A stretch of 64,000 bases of DNA from an uncultured Actinomycetota bacterium (GTDB lineage Bacteria > Actinomycetota > Actinomycetes > Mycobacteriales > Mycobacteriaceae), in the NCBI GenBank assembly GCA_963798245.1, contig CAWCSO010000012.1, positions 361,358 to 425,357 on the forward strand, read 5' to 3'. This document shows, one piece after another, positions 40,022-54,536 of this stretch. The notes below the pieces were generated by a model that saw only the letters and a program-made list of their open reading frames with translations, was not told the DNA's origin and ran no database searches. Each line of letters starts with the position of its first letter. Position 1 is the stretch's first letter. Both the position numbers and the translations under genes were made by a program.

Positions 40022-40113
40022 CGCAGAGTCTGCAAAACCGCGGCGAAAATTCCCGAGTTCGCGCCGAGCGAAACCGTGCGCCGCCGATCCGCGCGTGGCT
40101 AGGGTTCGCTCGA

Positions 40114-41041
40114 GTGACGATTCGACTCGGACTCCAGATCCCCAACTTCTCCTACGGCACCGGCGTCAGCGAACTGTTCCCCACCGTCATCGCGCAGGCA
40201 AGGAAGCCGACACCGCGGGCTTCGACTCCGTCTTCGTGATGGACCACTTCTATCAACTGCCAGGAATCGGTACGCCCGACCAGCCGATGCTCGAGGCGTA
40301 CACGGCTCTGGGCGCTCTGGCCACCGCGACCGAGCGCGTACAGCTGGGCACCCTGGTCACCGGCAACACCTACCGGAACCCCACGCTGCTGGCCAAGGCC
40401 ATCACCACCCTCGACGTCATCAGCGCCGGCCGGGCGATCCTCGGCATCGGGACCGGCTGGTTCGAACTCGAGCACGACTCAGCTCGGCTACGAGTTCGGC
40501 ACCTTCACCGACCGCTTCAACAAGCTCGGCGAGGCGCTGCAGATCATCCTGCCGATGATCGAGGGCGAGCGACCGACGTTCTTGGGCAAGTACTACCAAA
40601 CCACCGAGGCGATGGCCGAATCCCCGTTTCCGCGAGCACATTCCGCTGATGATCGGCGGCAGCGGCGAGAAGAAGACGATCCCGCTCGCGGCGAAGCACT
40701 TCGACCACCTCAACATCATCGCCGGATTCGACGAGTTGCCTCGCAAGCTCTCGGTGGTCCGCGAGAACTGCGAGAAGATCGGGCGCGACCCGGCCACGCT
40801 GGAGACCAGCATGCTGGTCGGTGTAATCGTTGGCGAGGCGTGACCGCCGACATGATCCCGGACGACTTGCGGCAGCAGGCCGTCGTCGGCAGCCCGCAGA
40901 GCGTCGCCGACCAGATCAAGACCAAGGTCCTCGATGCAGGGGTCGACGGGGTGATCATCGCCCGTGCCCACGAGCTGGCGGATATCAGCCGCGGTGCAGA
41001 TCACGGAACTCGGTGAAGTGCTCAAACCGCTGCTCACCTGA
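40114..41041 (+). CDS. LLM-class F420-dependent oxidoreductase (Rv1855c-like), multiple frameshifts
   Basis: IRLGLQIPNF, MDHFYQL, GTLVTGNTYRNP, IGGSGEKKT over several frames. Confidence 0.82.
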
Positions 41042-41150
41042 CGGACAAACGGTGCGGTGCGCCATCTCACCGCGCTGCAGGGAAGCTCGCCGACTAACCT
41101 ATCCGTTGTACTGATTGTCAGAGCAGCAGGTTGCACGTCGAGGAGCTGAA

Positions 41151-42536
41151 ATGAGCCATCCCGGAGCTACGGCATCGGAGCGGCCGAGGGTCGTCATCAT
41201 CGGATCGGGTTTCGGCGGTCTCAATGCCGCCCAGTCGCTCAAGAAAGTCGACGTCGACATCAAGTTGATCGCCCGGACCACCCATCACCTGTTCCAACCC
41301 TTGTTGTACCAAGTGGCCACCGGCATCATCTCCGAGGGAGAGATCGCGCCGCCGACCCGGCTGATTCTGCGCAAGCAGGAGAACGCCCAGGTGCTGCTCG
41401 GTGACGTCACCCACATCGACCTCGAGAAGCAGACGGTCGACTCGGTGCTGCTCGGCCACACCTACCGCACGCCGTATGACAGCCTCATCCTCGCTGCCGG
41501 TGCCGGTCAGTCGTATTTCGGCAACGACCACTTCGCGGAGTTCGCGCCCGGCATGAAGTCGATCGACGACGCGCTCGAGCTGCGCGGCCGCATCATCGGC
41601 GCGTTCGAGCAGGCCGAGCGCTCCAGTGACCCCGAGCGCCGCAGGAAGCTGCTCACATTTACCGTCGTGGGCGCAGGCCCGACCGGTGTGGAGATGGCCG
41701 GGCAGATCCAGGAACTGTCGAATCAGACGCTGAAGGGCAGCTTCCGGCACATCGATCCCGCCGAGGCCCACGTCATCCTGCTGGACGCCGCACCCGCCGT
41801 GCTTCCCCCGATGGGCGAGAAGCTGGGCAAGAGGGCCCAGGACCGCCTGGAGAAGATGGGCGTCGAGATTCAGCTGAACGCCATGGTGACCGATGTCGAC
41901 CGCAACGGGCTGACCGTCAAGGATCAGGATGGCACCGTCCGTCGCATCGAGTCGGCGTGCAAGGTGTGGTCGGCGGGAGTGTCCGCCAGCCCGCTGGGCC
42001 GTGACCTGGCCAACCAGTCCGACGTCGAGGTCGATCGCGCGGGCCGGGTGAAGGTCGAACCCGATCTCTCGATCCCCGGTCACCCCAACGTGTTCGTCGT
42101 CGGTGACATGGCGTTCGTCGAGGGCGTGCCAGGCATGGCCCAGGGTGCCATCCAGGGCGCCACGTACGTGGCCAAGATCATCAAGAACGAGGTCAAGGCC
42201 AAGGAACACGGCACCCTCCCTAAGCCCCGCGAGCCGTTCAGCTACTTCGACAAGGGCTCGATGGCAACCGTCTCCAGGTTCAACGCGGTCGCCCAGGTCG
42301 GCAAGCTGGAGTTCAGCGGATTCTTTGCCTGGCTGGCCTGGCTGGGGCTGCACCTGATCTACCTGGTCGGCTTCAAGACCAAGATCGCGACGTTGATGTC
42401 GTGGGCGGTCACGTTCCTGAGCCGCGAGCGTGGTCAGTTGGTGATCACCGAACAGCAGGCTTATGCGCGCACCAGGATCGAGGAACTCGAGGAGATCGCC
42501 GCGACGGTGCAGGATACGGAGAAGGCCGCCAGCTGA
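41151..42536 (+). CDS. ndh: type II NADH dehydrogenase
   Basis: GSGFGG, FQPLLYQVATG, GAGPTGVE; Rv1854c synteny. Confidence 0.95.
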   Translation: MSHPGATASERPRVVIIGSGFGGLNAAQSLKKVDVDIKLIARTTHHLFQPLLYQVATGIISEGEIAPPTRLILRKQENAQVLLGDVTHIDLEKQTVDSVLLGHTYRTPYDSLILAAGAGQSYFGNDHFAEFAPGMKSIDDALELRGRIIGAFEQAERSSDPERRRKLLTFTVVGAGPTGVEMAGQIQELSNQTLKGSFRHIDPAEAHVILLDAAPAVLPPMGEKLGKRAQDRLEKMGVEIQLNAMVTDVDRNGLTVKDQDGTVRRIESACKVWSAGVSASPLGRDLANQSDVEVDRAGRVKVEPDLSIPGHPNVFVVGDMAFVEGVPGMAQGAIQGATYVAKIIKNEVKAKEHGTLPKPREPFSYFDKGSMATVSRFNAVAQVGKLEFSGFFAWLAWLGLHLIYLVGFKTKIATLMSWAVTFLSRERGQLVITEQQAYARTRIEELEEIAATVQDTEKAAS

Positions 42537-42551
42537 CGTACCCCGAACTGG

Positions 42552-43178
42552 TCACAGCCGGGTACCCTGCCAGGTGGCCAGGCAGCCGCCAGAGGCCAAC
42601 TCGAGGAGCGTCCCGGCGGCGGCGAAACTGCATTCGGGATACCGCAATTCACTAATGCACGCCAACGGCGTGCCCAGGTCGTCGTCACCGACTGATCCGG
42701 TGCCGAGTTCGATGCGGTGCCGCAGCAGCGGGCCGTCGTGAACGTCGGCGTGCATTGCTCCCGACCAGTTGCCGTGCTCTTCATAGGATCTGCCGATCTG
42801 GACGCGCTCCCGAATCCGGACCCGGCCGCCCTGCGCCAACGTCAACCGCGTGGACGTCACATGCCGGGATCCGCCCGCGACGATCGTGGGCTGCGGATCC
42901 AGATCGAGTTCGCCGGCCACTTCCAGGTCCCAGTGCGATCGTGACTCGGCCGTGCCGGCACCCGGTAGCGCGACCGTGGCCGCCACGCTGCGCAGCCGAA
43001 GTCGCGCACCGGATTCCACCACCACGCGAACGGTGACGGTGTCACCGCCCAGCGGGGTCGCCGCTGCCGACACCAGGTGCACGGTATCGGCCTCGGTGCG
43101 ACGTGCCGAGATCCCACCGTTGCACTCCAGCCGTGGCCCGCGACCGGCACGGGCAACGATCAGGACGTCGGAAAGCAT
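42552..43178 (-). CDS. ureD: urease accessory protein UreD
   Basis: VHLVSAAATPLGGD; last gene of urease operon. Confidence 0.85.
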   Translation of the reverse strand: MLSDVLIVARAGRGPRLECNGGISARRTEADTVHLVSAAATPLGGDTVTVRVVVESGARLRLRSVAATVALPGAGTAESRSHWDLEVAGELDLDPQPTIVAGGSRHVTSTRLTLAQGGRVRIRERVQIGRSYEEHGNWSGAMHADVHDGPLLRHRIELGTGSVGDDDLGTPLACISELRYPECSFAAAGTLLELASGGCLATWQGTRL

Positions 43179-43209
43179 GGTGTGTGACCGTTCTCCTTTT
43201 CGCGTTCGG

Positions 43210-43893
<684 letters not shown>

Positions 43894-43940
43894 GACTGTC
43901 CTTTCGTGCGTGGTGACTCGTGGTGCTCAGGAGGCCGTGT

Positions 43941-44576
43941 TCAGGAAACGAATAGTGGACGTTCGCGTTCGGCATGACGTTGGGCCAGTGCGTCGAGGAG
44001 GGGGTCGGACAGGTCGGCGAGCTCCTTGACCGCCTCGGCGGCGATCTGATCGCACAGCGGCGACAGCTCGAACGTCAGGATGGCAACGTCTGCCGGATCC
44101 AACGCAAGGAGGCGCTGCGCGGCGGTCGCCGAGCCCGTCATGGTGGTGTACACCAGCGCGAGCGCGGTGTGTTCGACCGGCATTGCGCCCGCGATCCCGA
44201 CGACACCCGCGGCCACCGCTAGGTGCGGTCGGGTGCCGACGGCGGACCAGTCGCGGTCCGGCCACACGCGGCGGGCCAGCCGGGCCAGCCCCCTCCCCTG
44301 CGCCCGGGATGCGTCGCGCGCAGCGGGAGCCGGTGTGCGGGCGTCTGTTTCGCGCTCGGCGCGTTCGGGTGTCAACGCCCCGGTGTGCACGGCGGCGGCC
44401 ACCGACGCCGTCACGAGCGCCTGGGTGCGGATCCGCCTGGCCAGGAACGCACGCAACGTGGGAAGGTCGGCGACCAGGCCACTGGTGACGGCCTCCTCCA
44501 CCCCACCGGAATGGACATGGCCCCCCGTCGGGAGGCGGGAGTCCGCCAGCGTCAGCAGGGTGGTGAGACCCGTCAT
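43941..44576 (-). CDS. ureF: urease accessory protein UreF
   Basis: LADSRLPTGGHVHSGGVE; C-terminal LFVS. Confidence 0.93.
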   Translation of the reverse strand: MTGLTTLLTLADSRLPTGGHVHSGGVEEAVTSGLVADLPTLRAFLARRIRTQALVTASVAAAVHTGALTPERAERETDARTPAPAARDASRAQGRGLARLARRVWPDRDWSAVGTRPHLAVAAGVVGIAGAMPVEHTALALVYTTMTGSATAAQRLLALDPADVAILTFELSPLCDQIAAEAVKELADLSDPLLDALAQRHAERERPLFVS

Positions 44577-44595
44577 CGTGCTCAGCGAACACCCC

Positions 44596-46317
44596 CTAGA
44601 AGAGAAAATACCGTTGCGCCATCGGCAGTTCGGCGGCCGGTTCCTCGGCCCACACCTCGCCCTCGATACGCACCGTGAAGGTGTCGGGGTCCACCTCGAT
44701 GTGTGGCATGGCCCCGTTCAGGGGCATGTCGGACTTCCCGACCTTGCGCACGTCGCCGACGGCGACGAAGCGGCGGTTGACCGCGATCCGGTCGGCGATG
44801 CCGTCCTCGATGGCCTGGGGCGCGACGAAGTGCACCGAGGTGGCCGCCGCTGCGGCGGGTGAGGCTCCGAACATCGGCCGTGGCAGCACGGGTTGCGGCG
44901 TGGGGATCGATGCGTTCGCGTCACCCATCGCCGCCCATGCGATCATGCCGCCCTTGATCACCACGTGCGGACGCACACCGAAGAAGGCCGGTTCCCACAG
45001 CACCAGGTCGGCGAGCTTGCCGACCTCGACCGAGCCGACTTCGTGGTCGAGGCCGTGGGCGATGGCGGGGCAGATCGTGTACTTCGCGACGTAGCGGCGG
45101 GCGCGGTTGTTGTCGGCGGCACCGTCGCCTTCGAGTGCCCCGCGGCGGCGCTTCATCACGTGCGCCGTCTGCCAGGTGCGCATCACCACCTCGCCGATCC
45201 GGCCCATCGCCTGCGAATCGCTGCCGATCATCGAGATCGCGCCGATGTCGTGCAGCAGGTCCTCGGCGGCGATCGTCGAGGGCCTGATCCGGCTCTCGGC
45301 GAATGCCAGGTCCTCGGGCACGGTGGAGTTGAGGTGGTGGCACACCATCAGCATGTCGAGGTGTTCGTCGAGCGTGTTGACGGTGTGCGGCCGGGTCGGG
45401 TTGGTGGAACTGGGCAGCATGTTGGGATGGGAGGCCACCGTGATGATGTCGGGTGCGTGCCCGCCGCCCGCTCCCTCGGTGTGGTAGGCGTGAACGGAGC
45501 GGCCGTTGATCGCCGCAAGTGTGTCCTCGACGAAGCCCGCCTCGTTGAGTGTGTCGGTATGCAGCGCCACCTGAACACCGGCCGCGTCCGCCACGGTGAG
45601 GCAGGCGTTGATGGCCGCAGGCGTCGATCCCCAGTCCTCGTGAAGCTTGAATCCGGATGCGCCGCCCCGCAGTTGCTCCCACATGGATTCGGCGCTGACC
45701 GTGTTGCCCTTGCCGAGCAGGGCGATGTTGACCGGCCAGGTATCCAGCGACTCCAGCATGCGTGCCATGTGCCAGGCGCCGGGCGTCACGGTGGTGGCCT
45801 TGGAGCCTTCGGCCGGGCCGGTGCCGCCACCGACCATGGTGGTGATGCCGCTGCCGATGGCCTCTTCGAGTAGTTGCGGGCAGATGAAGTGCACGTGACT
45901 GTCGATGGCGCCGGCGGTGAGGATCATGCCGTTACCCGCGATCACCTCGGTGGATGGGCCGACCACCAGGTCGGGGTGCACACCGTTCATGATGTCCGGG
46001 TTGCCGGCCTTGCCGAGGGCGACGATGCGTCCGTCGCGGATCCCGATGTCGGCCTTGATGATTCCCCAGTGGTCCAGCACGATCGCGCCGGTGATGACGG
46101 TGTCGGGAGCGCCGTCGGCGCGGGTCGCCCTCGACTGACCCATCGACTCGCGCAGCACCTTGCCGCCGCCGAACACCGCCTCGTCACCGGCCAGGCCGGG
46201 TCCACCGCTGCGGTCCTCGGTGACCTCGATGAGGAGGTCGGTGTCGGCCAACCGAATGCGGTCGCCGGTGGTCGGCCCGAACATCTCGTCGTAGTGGTGC
46301 CGGGGTATCGAGGTCAT
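44596..46317 (-). CDS. ureC: urease alpha subunit
   Basis: DSHVH, KLHEDWG, MVCHHL, DSQAMGR; ends MAQRYFLF. Confidence 0.98.
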   Translation of the reverse strand: MTSIPRHHYDEMFGPTTGDRIRLADTDLLIEVTEDRSGGPGLAGDEAVFGGGKVLRESMGQSRATRADGAPDTVITGAIVLDHWGIIKADIGIRDGRIVALGKAGNPDIMNGVHPDLVVGPSTEVIAGNGMILTAGAIDSHVHFICPQLLEEAIGSGITTMVGGGTGPAEGSKATTVTPGAWHMARMLESLDTWPVNIALLGKGNTVSAESMWEQLRGGASGFKLHEDWGSTPAAINACLTVADAAGVQVALHTDTLNEAGFVEDTLAAINGRSVHAYHTEGAGGGHAPDIITVASHPNMLPSSTNPTRPHTVNTLDEHLDMLMVCHHLNSTVPEDLAFAESRIRPSTIAAEDLLHDIGAISMIGSDSQAMGRIGEVVMRTWQTAHVMKRRRGALEGDGAADNNRARRYVAKYTICPAIAHGLDHEVGSVEVGKLADLVLWEPAFFGVRPHVVIKGGMIAWAAMGDANASIPTPQPVLPRPMFGASPAAAAATSVHFVAPQAIEDGIADRIAVNRRFVAVGDVRKVGKSDMPLNGAMPHIEVDPDTFTVRIEGEVWAEEPAAELPMAQRYFLF

Positions 46318-46664
46318 GGCGCGTCCAAACGTCCGGGCGGCTGCAGCGATATCCCGTGTACCTCGCGCAGGCCGCCCAGTGCCACGAGATGTACGTGTTG
46401 GGCGATGCCCGGTTCGAACCGCACCGCGGTGCCCGCCGCGATGTCGAGCCGGTAACCGTGGGCGGTGTTCCGGTCGAAGTCCAGCGCCGAATTCGCCTGG
46501 GGCAGATGGACGTGGCTGCCTACCTGGACCGGTCGGTCGCCCGTGTTCACGACCGTCATCTCGAGTCTGGTTGCCCCCTCATTGAGCGTGATGTCGCCCT
46601 CGCCGTAGAGGACCTCACCGGGGATGATGCCCGTGCGACTGGATCGTGGCTCCGTCTCGCTCAT
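46314..46664 (-). CDS. ureB: urease beta subunit
   Basis: [29 protein letters not shown]. Confidence 0.97.
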   Translation of the reverse strand: MSETEPRSSRTGIIPGEVLYGEGDITLNEGATRLEMTVVNTGDRPVQVGSHVHLPQANSALDFDRNTAHGYRLDIAAGTAVRFEPGIAQHVHLVALGGLREVHGISLQPPGRLDAP

Positions 46665-46674
46665 GCCGGTCTCC

Positions 46675-46977
46675 TCACGCGATCGGGTCGTGGACGCTGA
46701 CGAGCTTGGTGCCGTCGCGGAACGTGGCCTCGACCTGAACCCGGTGCAGCATCTCCGGCACCCCCTCCATGACGTCGTCGCGGCCGAGCACCTCGCGACC
46801 GCTGACCATCAACTCGGCAACGCTGCGGCCGTCGCGGGCGCCCTCGAGCAGGTAGTCGGTGATCACCGCTACCGCTTCAGGATGATTCAGACGCAGGCCG
46901 CGCGCTCGTCTGCGCCGGGCCAACTCGGCTGCGTAGGAGATGAGCAGGCGTTCCTGCTCGTGCGGGGTCAGGCGCAT
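46675..46977 (-). CDS. ureA: urease gamma subunit
   Basis: [28 protein letters not shown]. Confidence 0.97.
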   Translation of the reverse strand: MRLTPHEQERLLISYAAELARRRRARGLRLNHPEAVAVITDYLLEGARDGRSVAELMVSGREVLGRDDVMEGVPEMLHRVQVEATFRDGTKLVSVHDPIA

Positions 46978-47042
46978 AGTGCGCGATACTGCCACGGCGG
47001 GCCGGAGTCAGCAGCGCATGCCTTGTGGGGCGAGTGGGGGCG

Positions 47043-47462
47043 CTAGCCGCCTTCGGGCGTGGCCGGGAGGTTCTGCAGCCGCACCTGGCCGCGGGCGACC
47101 AGGCGGTCGTCTGCACCCGTGATGTCGATGAGCCACAACTGCTGGCGGCGGCCGCGGTGGATCGGGGTCGAGACGGCCGTCACGACGCCAGCGGTGATCG
47201 CGCGGATGAAGTCGGTGCTGTTGTTCACACCTACGACGTTGCGGCCGGCGCCTCGGGACTCGAGCCACACCGCGGCCGACACGCTGGCCACGCTCTCGAC
47301 GATCGAGCAGTAGACGCCACCGTGCACGATGCCATGTGGCTGCAGCAGCTTGTCATTGATGGTCAGTTGCGCGGTGGCACCGTCGGGGGTTGCCTCCAGA
47401 TAGGTCAGCCCGAGTTCGTCGTCGAAGCCTCCGCCGAAGTTCGGCGGCACGGAGTTCGTCAC
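47043..47462 (-). CDS. PaaI family thioesterase (Rv1847-like)
   Basis: QPHGIVHGGVYCSIVE hotdog-fold motif. Confidence 0.9.
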   Translation of the reverse strand: MTNSVPPNFGGGFDDELGLTYLEATPDGATAQLTINDKLLQPHGIVHGGVYCSIVESVASVSAAVWLESRGAGRNVVGVNNSTDFIRAITAGVVTAVSTPIHRGRRQQLWLIDITGADDRLVARGQVRLQNLPATPEGG

Positions 47463-47504
47463 ACAGATGTGTCTACACGCTCGGCGGCGACTACGAAAAC
47501 GCGG

Positions 47505-47605
47505 GACGAAAACGCGGGCGGGCCCCGCACCGATGTGCGAGGCCCGCCCTTCGAATGGACCGGGGGTCTCTGCAGCCCTCAGGACTCCGGCGCGGTCCGC
47601 ACCCA
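47505..47605 (-). ncRNA. mrsI: MrsI-like iron-responsive small RNA (ends approximate)
   Basis: IdeR box at 5' end, structured body, GC hairpin 47516-47549 plus U tract; lies between blaI and the Rv1847 homolog, co-oriented with the latter, as ncRv11846/MrsI does. Confidence 0.72.
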
Positions 47606-47607
47606 TA

Positions 47608-47626
47608 GTAGGCAAGGCTTGCCTAA
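47608..47626. promoter_or_regulatory. IdeR iron box (sRNA promoter)
   Basis: GTAGGCAAGGCTTGCCTAA, 16/19 to TWAGGTWAGSCTWACCTWA. Confidence 0.8.
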
Positions 47627-48402
47627 TTAAACAAGGCTTTCGATGGATGCCCCCGCGCCGAGCCGCGAACGGGCGCGCCGAATCCGGCCAACGCGTCGAG
47701 AACTGCCTGGCCGCGGCACATACCGGTCAGTTCACCGGACCCGGCCAGCAGCGGGATCTGAGTCGCCGCTGTCACAACGGTCGCACCGACGATGTGCCAC
47801 ATGGCTGGCACGGGGAGAACCCTGCCGCTCACCGCGTGCAGCCGGCCGAACAGCGGCTCGAGCGCCCGATGGCTGCGATGCGCCAACCACGTGGTCAACG
47901 CCGCCTCGCCGGGGAGGGCGACGATCCCGTCGCGGGCGCCGTGGCGTCGCCGCGTGCCCGGACGCTGCCCGAAGCCGGGGTCGTCGGGCAGTGCCCGCAG
48001 AGTGGGGTCGGTGACGCCGACCCAGTCGATCGCGCCCTCGGAGTCGACGTGCATCCAGAGGTTCTCAAGACCCGTGTCCCACGCTCGACCCTCGAGGATC
48101 AGCAACGGAACCGCCCGGCCGATCACCACGTGCGCCAACGTCGCGCTCAGTTGCGCCGCGACCGCGACCCGGCTGTCGGTCTCGGCGGCGGCGTGGTCGA
48201 ACATCACCTTCAGCCTCTCGGTGGTGAGCAGCTCCGAGAGGGGCCACCACCGCCTGTGTGACAGATCGGCCATCACCGCCACGCCGTAGACGCGCGGACA
48301 CTCGGGACACAGCTCACGCAGTCGCCGACTGGATTCGTGTAGAGGCAACACCCGATCGATCACCATGGCTGCGATCAGCGGGTCGTCGACCACGGTCGTC
48401 AT
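47623..48402 (-). CDS. putative siderophore/ferric iron reductase-like protein (FhuF-like)
   Basis: IdeR box directly upstream; helical FhuF-like body; family call tentative because no C-terminal CC-x-C 2Fe-2S motif is visible. Confidence 0.55.
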   Translation of the reverse strand: MTTVVDDPLIAAMVIDRVLPLHESSRRLRELCPECPRVYGVAVMADLSHRRWWPLSELLTTERLKVMFDHAAAETDSRVAVAAQLSATLAHVVIGRAVPLLILEGRAWDTGLENLWMHVDSEGAIDWVGVTDPTLRALPDDPGFGQRPGTRRRHGARDGIVALPGEAALTTWLAHRSHRALEPLFGRLHAVSGRVLPVPAMWHIVGATVVTAATQIPLLAGSGELTGMCRGQAVLDALAGFGAPVRGSARGHPSKALFN

Positions 48403-48415
48403 GACGGCTCCTTGG

Positions 48416-48434
48416 TTAGGGTAGCCTTACTATA
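48416..48434. promoter_or_regulatory. IdeR iron box
   Basis: TTAGGGTAGCCTTACTATA, 16/19 to consensus, 13 bp upstream of the 48402 start. Confidence 0.78.
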
Positions 48435-48461
48435 GTGAGACCTCGGAGCGACGAAAGTCCT

Positions 48462-48477
48462 CGTGACCGGATTCACA
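48462..48477. promoter_or_regulatory. CRP-type site
   Basis: CGTGA-N6-TCACA. Confidence 0.5.
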
Positions 48478-48551
48478 GCGCCGAAAAAAGGGGATGTTGA
48501 CCGGGGCGCTCGCGACGTGATCGTGGCCCACACGGTCAGGGCCCCGGCGGA

Positions 48552-48568
48552 TACGACGCCCGGTAGTA
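48552..48568. promoter_or_regulatory. BlaI operator
   Basis: TACGAC-GCCCG-GTAGTA matches TAC[GT]AC-N5-GTAGTA upstream of blaI. Confidence 0.75.
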
Positions 48569-48613
48569 CGTCCGTAGTACGCTGAATTCAGTGCTCAAGA
48601 GAGTGAACGGAAG

Positions 48614-49030
48614 ATGGTCAAGGTGACGCGACTCGGGGAACTCGAACGCGCGGTGATGGAGCACCTGTGGTCCATGCCCGAACCCCAGACCGTGCGCCAG
48701 GTCCACGAAGCGCTCTCTGCGCATCGCGACCTCGCCTATACGACCATCATGACGGTCCTTCAGCGGTTGGCGAAGAAGAACCTCGTCGTTCAGCATCGCG
48801 ACGACCGTGCCCACCGCTACGCACCGACCCACGGCCGCGATGAACTGATCGCCGGCCTCATGGTGGATGCGCTCGACCAGGTTGCGGACTCGGGAAGTCG
48901 CGAGGCGGCCCTGGTGTACTTCGTCGAACGCGTCGGAGCCGACGAGGCTGCCGCGCTGCGCCGGGCGCTGGCCGAACTCGAGGCCAAGGACCGCACCGGC
49001 CCGCCGGGTAGCGATCCGGGTACCGGCTGA
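48614..49030 (+). CDS. blaI: BlaI/MecI/CopY family repressor
   Basis: LGELERAVMEHLW..LAYTTIMTVLQRL; Rv1846c synteny. Confidence 0.93.
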   Translation: MVKVTRLGELERAVMEHLWSMPEPQTVRQVHEALSAHRDLAYTTIMTVLQRLAKKNLVVQHRDDRAHRYAPTHGRDELIAGLMVDALDQVADSGSREAALVYFVERVGADEAAALRRALAELEAKDRTGPPGSDPGTG

Positions 49031-49044
49031 GGGAGACTGACGGC

Positions 49045-49992
49045 GTGTCCGCGATGGCCTTCGGAATCGTCGCGCTGGTCCTCGTCGGACCCGTGCCGGC
49101 GCTGTTGGCGCGGGCATCGTGGCCCCTTCGCGCACCCCGCGCCGCGATCGTGCTGTGGCAGTCGATCGCCCTGGCGGCGGTGCTGTCCGCATTCAGCGCC
49201 GGTATCGCCATCGTCACCAGGTTGTTCGCCCCGGGCCCCGACGGCCGCCCGACGTCCACCATCACCGGTGAGATCGCGGCCCTCGGACTGCCGCTGTGGT
49301 CGCTGTACATCGTGGTGTTCGCACTGACCGTGATGATCGGTGCCCGGCTGGTGCTGGCGGTGCTGCAGGTTGCCATCGAGACCCGTAGACGGCGGGCCCA
49401 CCACCGGATGATGGTGGACCTTCTCGGCAGGTCGCATGTCGCGGCGCCCGAAATCTGCTCTCGTGCCAGCGGCCTGAGGATCCTCGACGTCAAGCAGCCG
49501 CTGGCCTACTGCCTGCCTGGGGTCCGCAGCCGTGTGGTCGTCAGCCAGGGCGCCCTCACCCAGCTGTCCGACAACGAGATCACTGCCATCCTCACCCACG
49601 AGGGTGCCCACCTGCGCGCACGGCATGACCTGGTGCTGGAGATGTTCACCGCGGTGCACGCGGCCTTCCCGCGGTTCGTCCGAAGCGCGAGCGCCCTCGA
49701 CGCGGTGCGGTTGTTGATAGAACTCCTCGCCGACGACGCGGCCGTGCGGACCGCTGGCCCAGCGCCGCTGGCCAGAGCGTTGGTCGCCTGCGCATCCAGC
49801 CACACGCCCAGCGGTGCGCTGGCAGCCGGCGGGCCGACCACCGTCATCCGGGTGCGTCGACTCGGCGGCGCACCCAACAGCGCCTGGCTCGCGATGCTGG
49901 CCTACTCGACGGCCGCCGCCGTGCTGTTGCTGCCGACGGTCGCGCTCGCGGTGCCCTGGCTGACCGAACTGCAGCGGTTGTTCTCCGCCTAG
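49045..49992 (+). CDS. blaR: M56 family metallopeptidase BlaR
   Basis: HEGAH zinc motif, ELLADD; Rv1845c synteny. Confidence 0.9.
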   Translation: MSAMAFGIVALVLVGPVPALLARASWPLRAPRAAIVLWQSIALAAVLSAFSAGIAIVTRLFAPGPDGRPTSTITGEIAALGLPLWSLYIVVFALTVMIGARLVLAVLQVAIETRRRRAHHRMMVDLLGRSHVAAPEICSRASGLRILDVKQPLAYCLPGVRSRVVVSQGALTQLSDNEITAILTHEGAHLRARHDLVLEMFTAVHAAFPRFVRSASALDAVRLLIELLADDAAVRTAGPAPLARALVACASSHTPSGALAAGGPTTVIRVRRLGGAPNSAWLAMLAYSTAAAVLLLPTVALAVPWLTELQRLFSA

Positions 49993-50039
49993 CCCGTCTC
50001 GAAACCCCAGTGCGACAAGCACACAACGAAAGGCTGCCC

Positions 50040-52944
<2,905 letters not shown>

Positions 52945-53040
52945 AGCGCGCGCCACGACCCGCGCGTCAGGTTTGGCCGGACGGTGACGACGTCATGCTC
53001 GGCTAATATGAAGCTCTCGACACCGATCGAAAGGGAACAC

Positions 53041-53181
53041 GTGCCGCAGGCACCCGCCGACGCTCCCGGTTCTGGGCGGGCAGGCGCTAGCGAACCGCCC
53101 GCGCCCGAGCCGGCCGACGCCGAGCCCTCCAGTACTGCGCCGGGCTCACTACCCGGCGAACGTTTCGCGAGGCCGTCATGA
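53041..53181 (+). CDS. putative proline-rich leader ORF (46 aa)
   Basis: RBS gaaaggga before GTG; stop overlaps next start (ATGA). Confidence 0.4.
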   Translation: MPQAPADAPGSGRAGASEPPAPEPADAEPSSTAPGSLPGERFARPS

Positions 53182-54536
53182 GCCTTCCCATGACCCTGTT
53201 GAGTCTCTTGGCCTTCGTGCTGCTCACGGCGGGCACCGCGGTGTTCGTGGCCGCGGAGTTCTCGCTGACCGCTCTGGAGCGCAGCACGGTCGAAGCCAAC
53301 GCCAGATCGGGCGGGTGGCGCGACGGCATCGTCCGCAAGGCGCACCGCACGCTGTCGTTCCAGCTGTCGGGCGCGCAGTTGGGCATCTCGATCACCACGC
53401 TGGCCACCGGCTACCTGGCCGAGCCGGTCGTGGCCCGGCTCCTGCACGGCCCGCTCGTCGCGATTGGTGTGCCAGCCAACCTGGTCGACGGCATCGCGCT
53501 GGGCTTGGCGCTCCTGATCGCCACGTCGGTATCGATGGTGTTCGGCGAGCTGGTGCCCAAGAACCTCGCCGTGGCCAAGGCCGCGCCCACCGCGCGCTGG
53601 TCGGCGCCCCTGCAGTGGTACTTCTCCTGGTTTCTCACCCCCGCGATCAAGGTCACGAACGGCACTGCCAACTGGATCCTGCGCAGGCTTGGCATAGAGC
53701 CCGCCGAGGAGCTGCGCTCGGCACGCTCGCCGCAGGAACTCGTCTCGCTGGTGCGGACCTCGGCGCGTAGCGGGTCGCTCGACCAGCAGACCGCAGACCT
53801 CGTCGACCGGTCGCTGCAGTTCGGCGCGCGTACCGCCGAGGAACTGATGACACCGCGGTCCAAGATCCAGGCACTCGAGATCACCGATACGGTGTCCGAC
53901 CTGATCGCCGCCGCCATGGAGACCGGCTTCTCCCGGTTCCCGATCGTGGACGGCGATCTCGACGAGACGGTCGGCATGGTGCACGTCAAGCAGATCTTCG
54001 ACGTACCCATCGACCGTCGGTCCACCACCAGGCTCGCAGCCGTTGCCCTGCCGGTACCGACGGTGCCGTCCACCCTGGACGGTGACGCCGTGATGACCCA
54101 GATCCGTGCCAACGGACTGCAGACCGCCCTCGTCGTCGACGAGTACGGGGGTACCGCAGGCATGGTCACCGTGGAAGACCTGATCGAGGAGATCGTCGGC
54201 GACGTCCGTGACGAGCACGACGACGCCACCCCCGACGTCGTCGAGATGCGCAACGGCTGGCAGGTATCGGGCCTGCTCCGCATCGACGAGGTGGACACCG
54301 AGACGCCGTTCCGGGCGCCCGAGGGCGAGTACGAGACCATCGGCGGCCTGATCCTCGAGGTGCTCGGACACATCCCCGAGCCCGGCGAGACCGTCGAACT
54401 GACGGCGTTCGACCCCGACGGCCCCGTCGACGACCCGGTGTACTGGCAGGCGAAGGTGATCCGCATGGACGGCCGCAGAATCGACGTGCTCGAACTCACC
54501 GAGCTCGGCAGGCGCGGCCGCGTGCAGGAGCGATGA
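53178..54536 (+). CDS. CNNM/CBS HlyC-CorC family transporter (Rv1842c-like)
   Basis: [30 protein letters not shown]. Confidence 0.92.
   Translation: MSLPMTLLSLLAFVLLTAGTAVFVAAEFSLTALERSTVEANARSGGWRDGIVRKAHRTLSFQLSGAQLGISITTLATGYLAEPVVARLLHGPLVAIGVPANLVDGIALGLALLIATSVSMVFGELVPKNLAVAKAAPTARWSAPLQWYFSWFLTPAIKVTNGTANWILRRLGIEPAEELRSARSPQELVSLVRTSARSGSLDQQTADLVDRSLQFGARTAEELMTPRSKIQALEITDTVSDLIAAAMETGFSRFPIVDGDLDETVGMVHVKQIFDVPIDRRSTTRLAAVALPVPTVPSTLDGDAVMTQIRANGLQTALVVDEYGGTAGMVTVEDLIEEIVGDVRDEHDDATPDVVEMRNGWQVSGLLRIDEVDTETPFRAPEGEYETIGGLILEVLGHIPEPGETVELTAFDPDGPVDDPVYWQAKVIRMDGRRIDVLELTELGRRGRVQER

Noticed and set aside
40114-41041. Programmed frameshifting or a true pseudogene in the LLM gene
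   Set aside because: No slippery sites were seen, and the window-wide indel pattern favours sequencing error.
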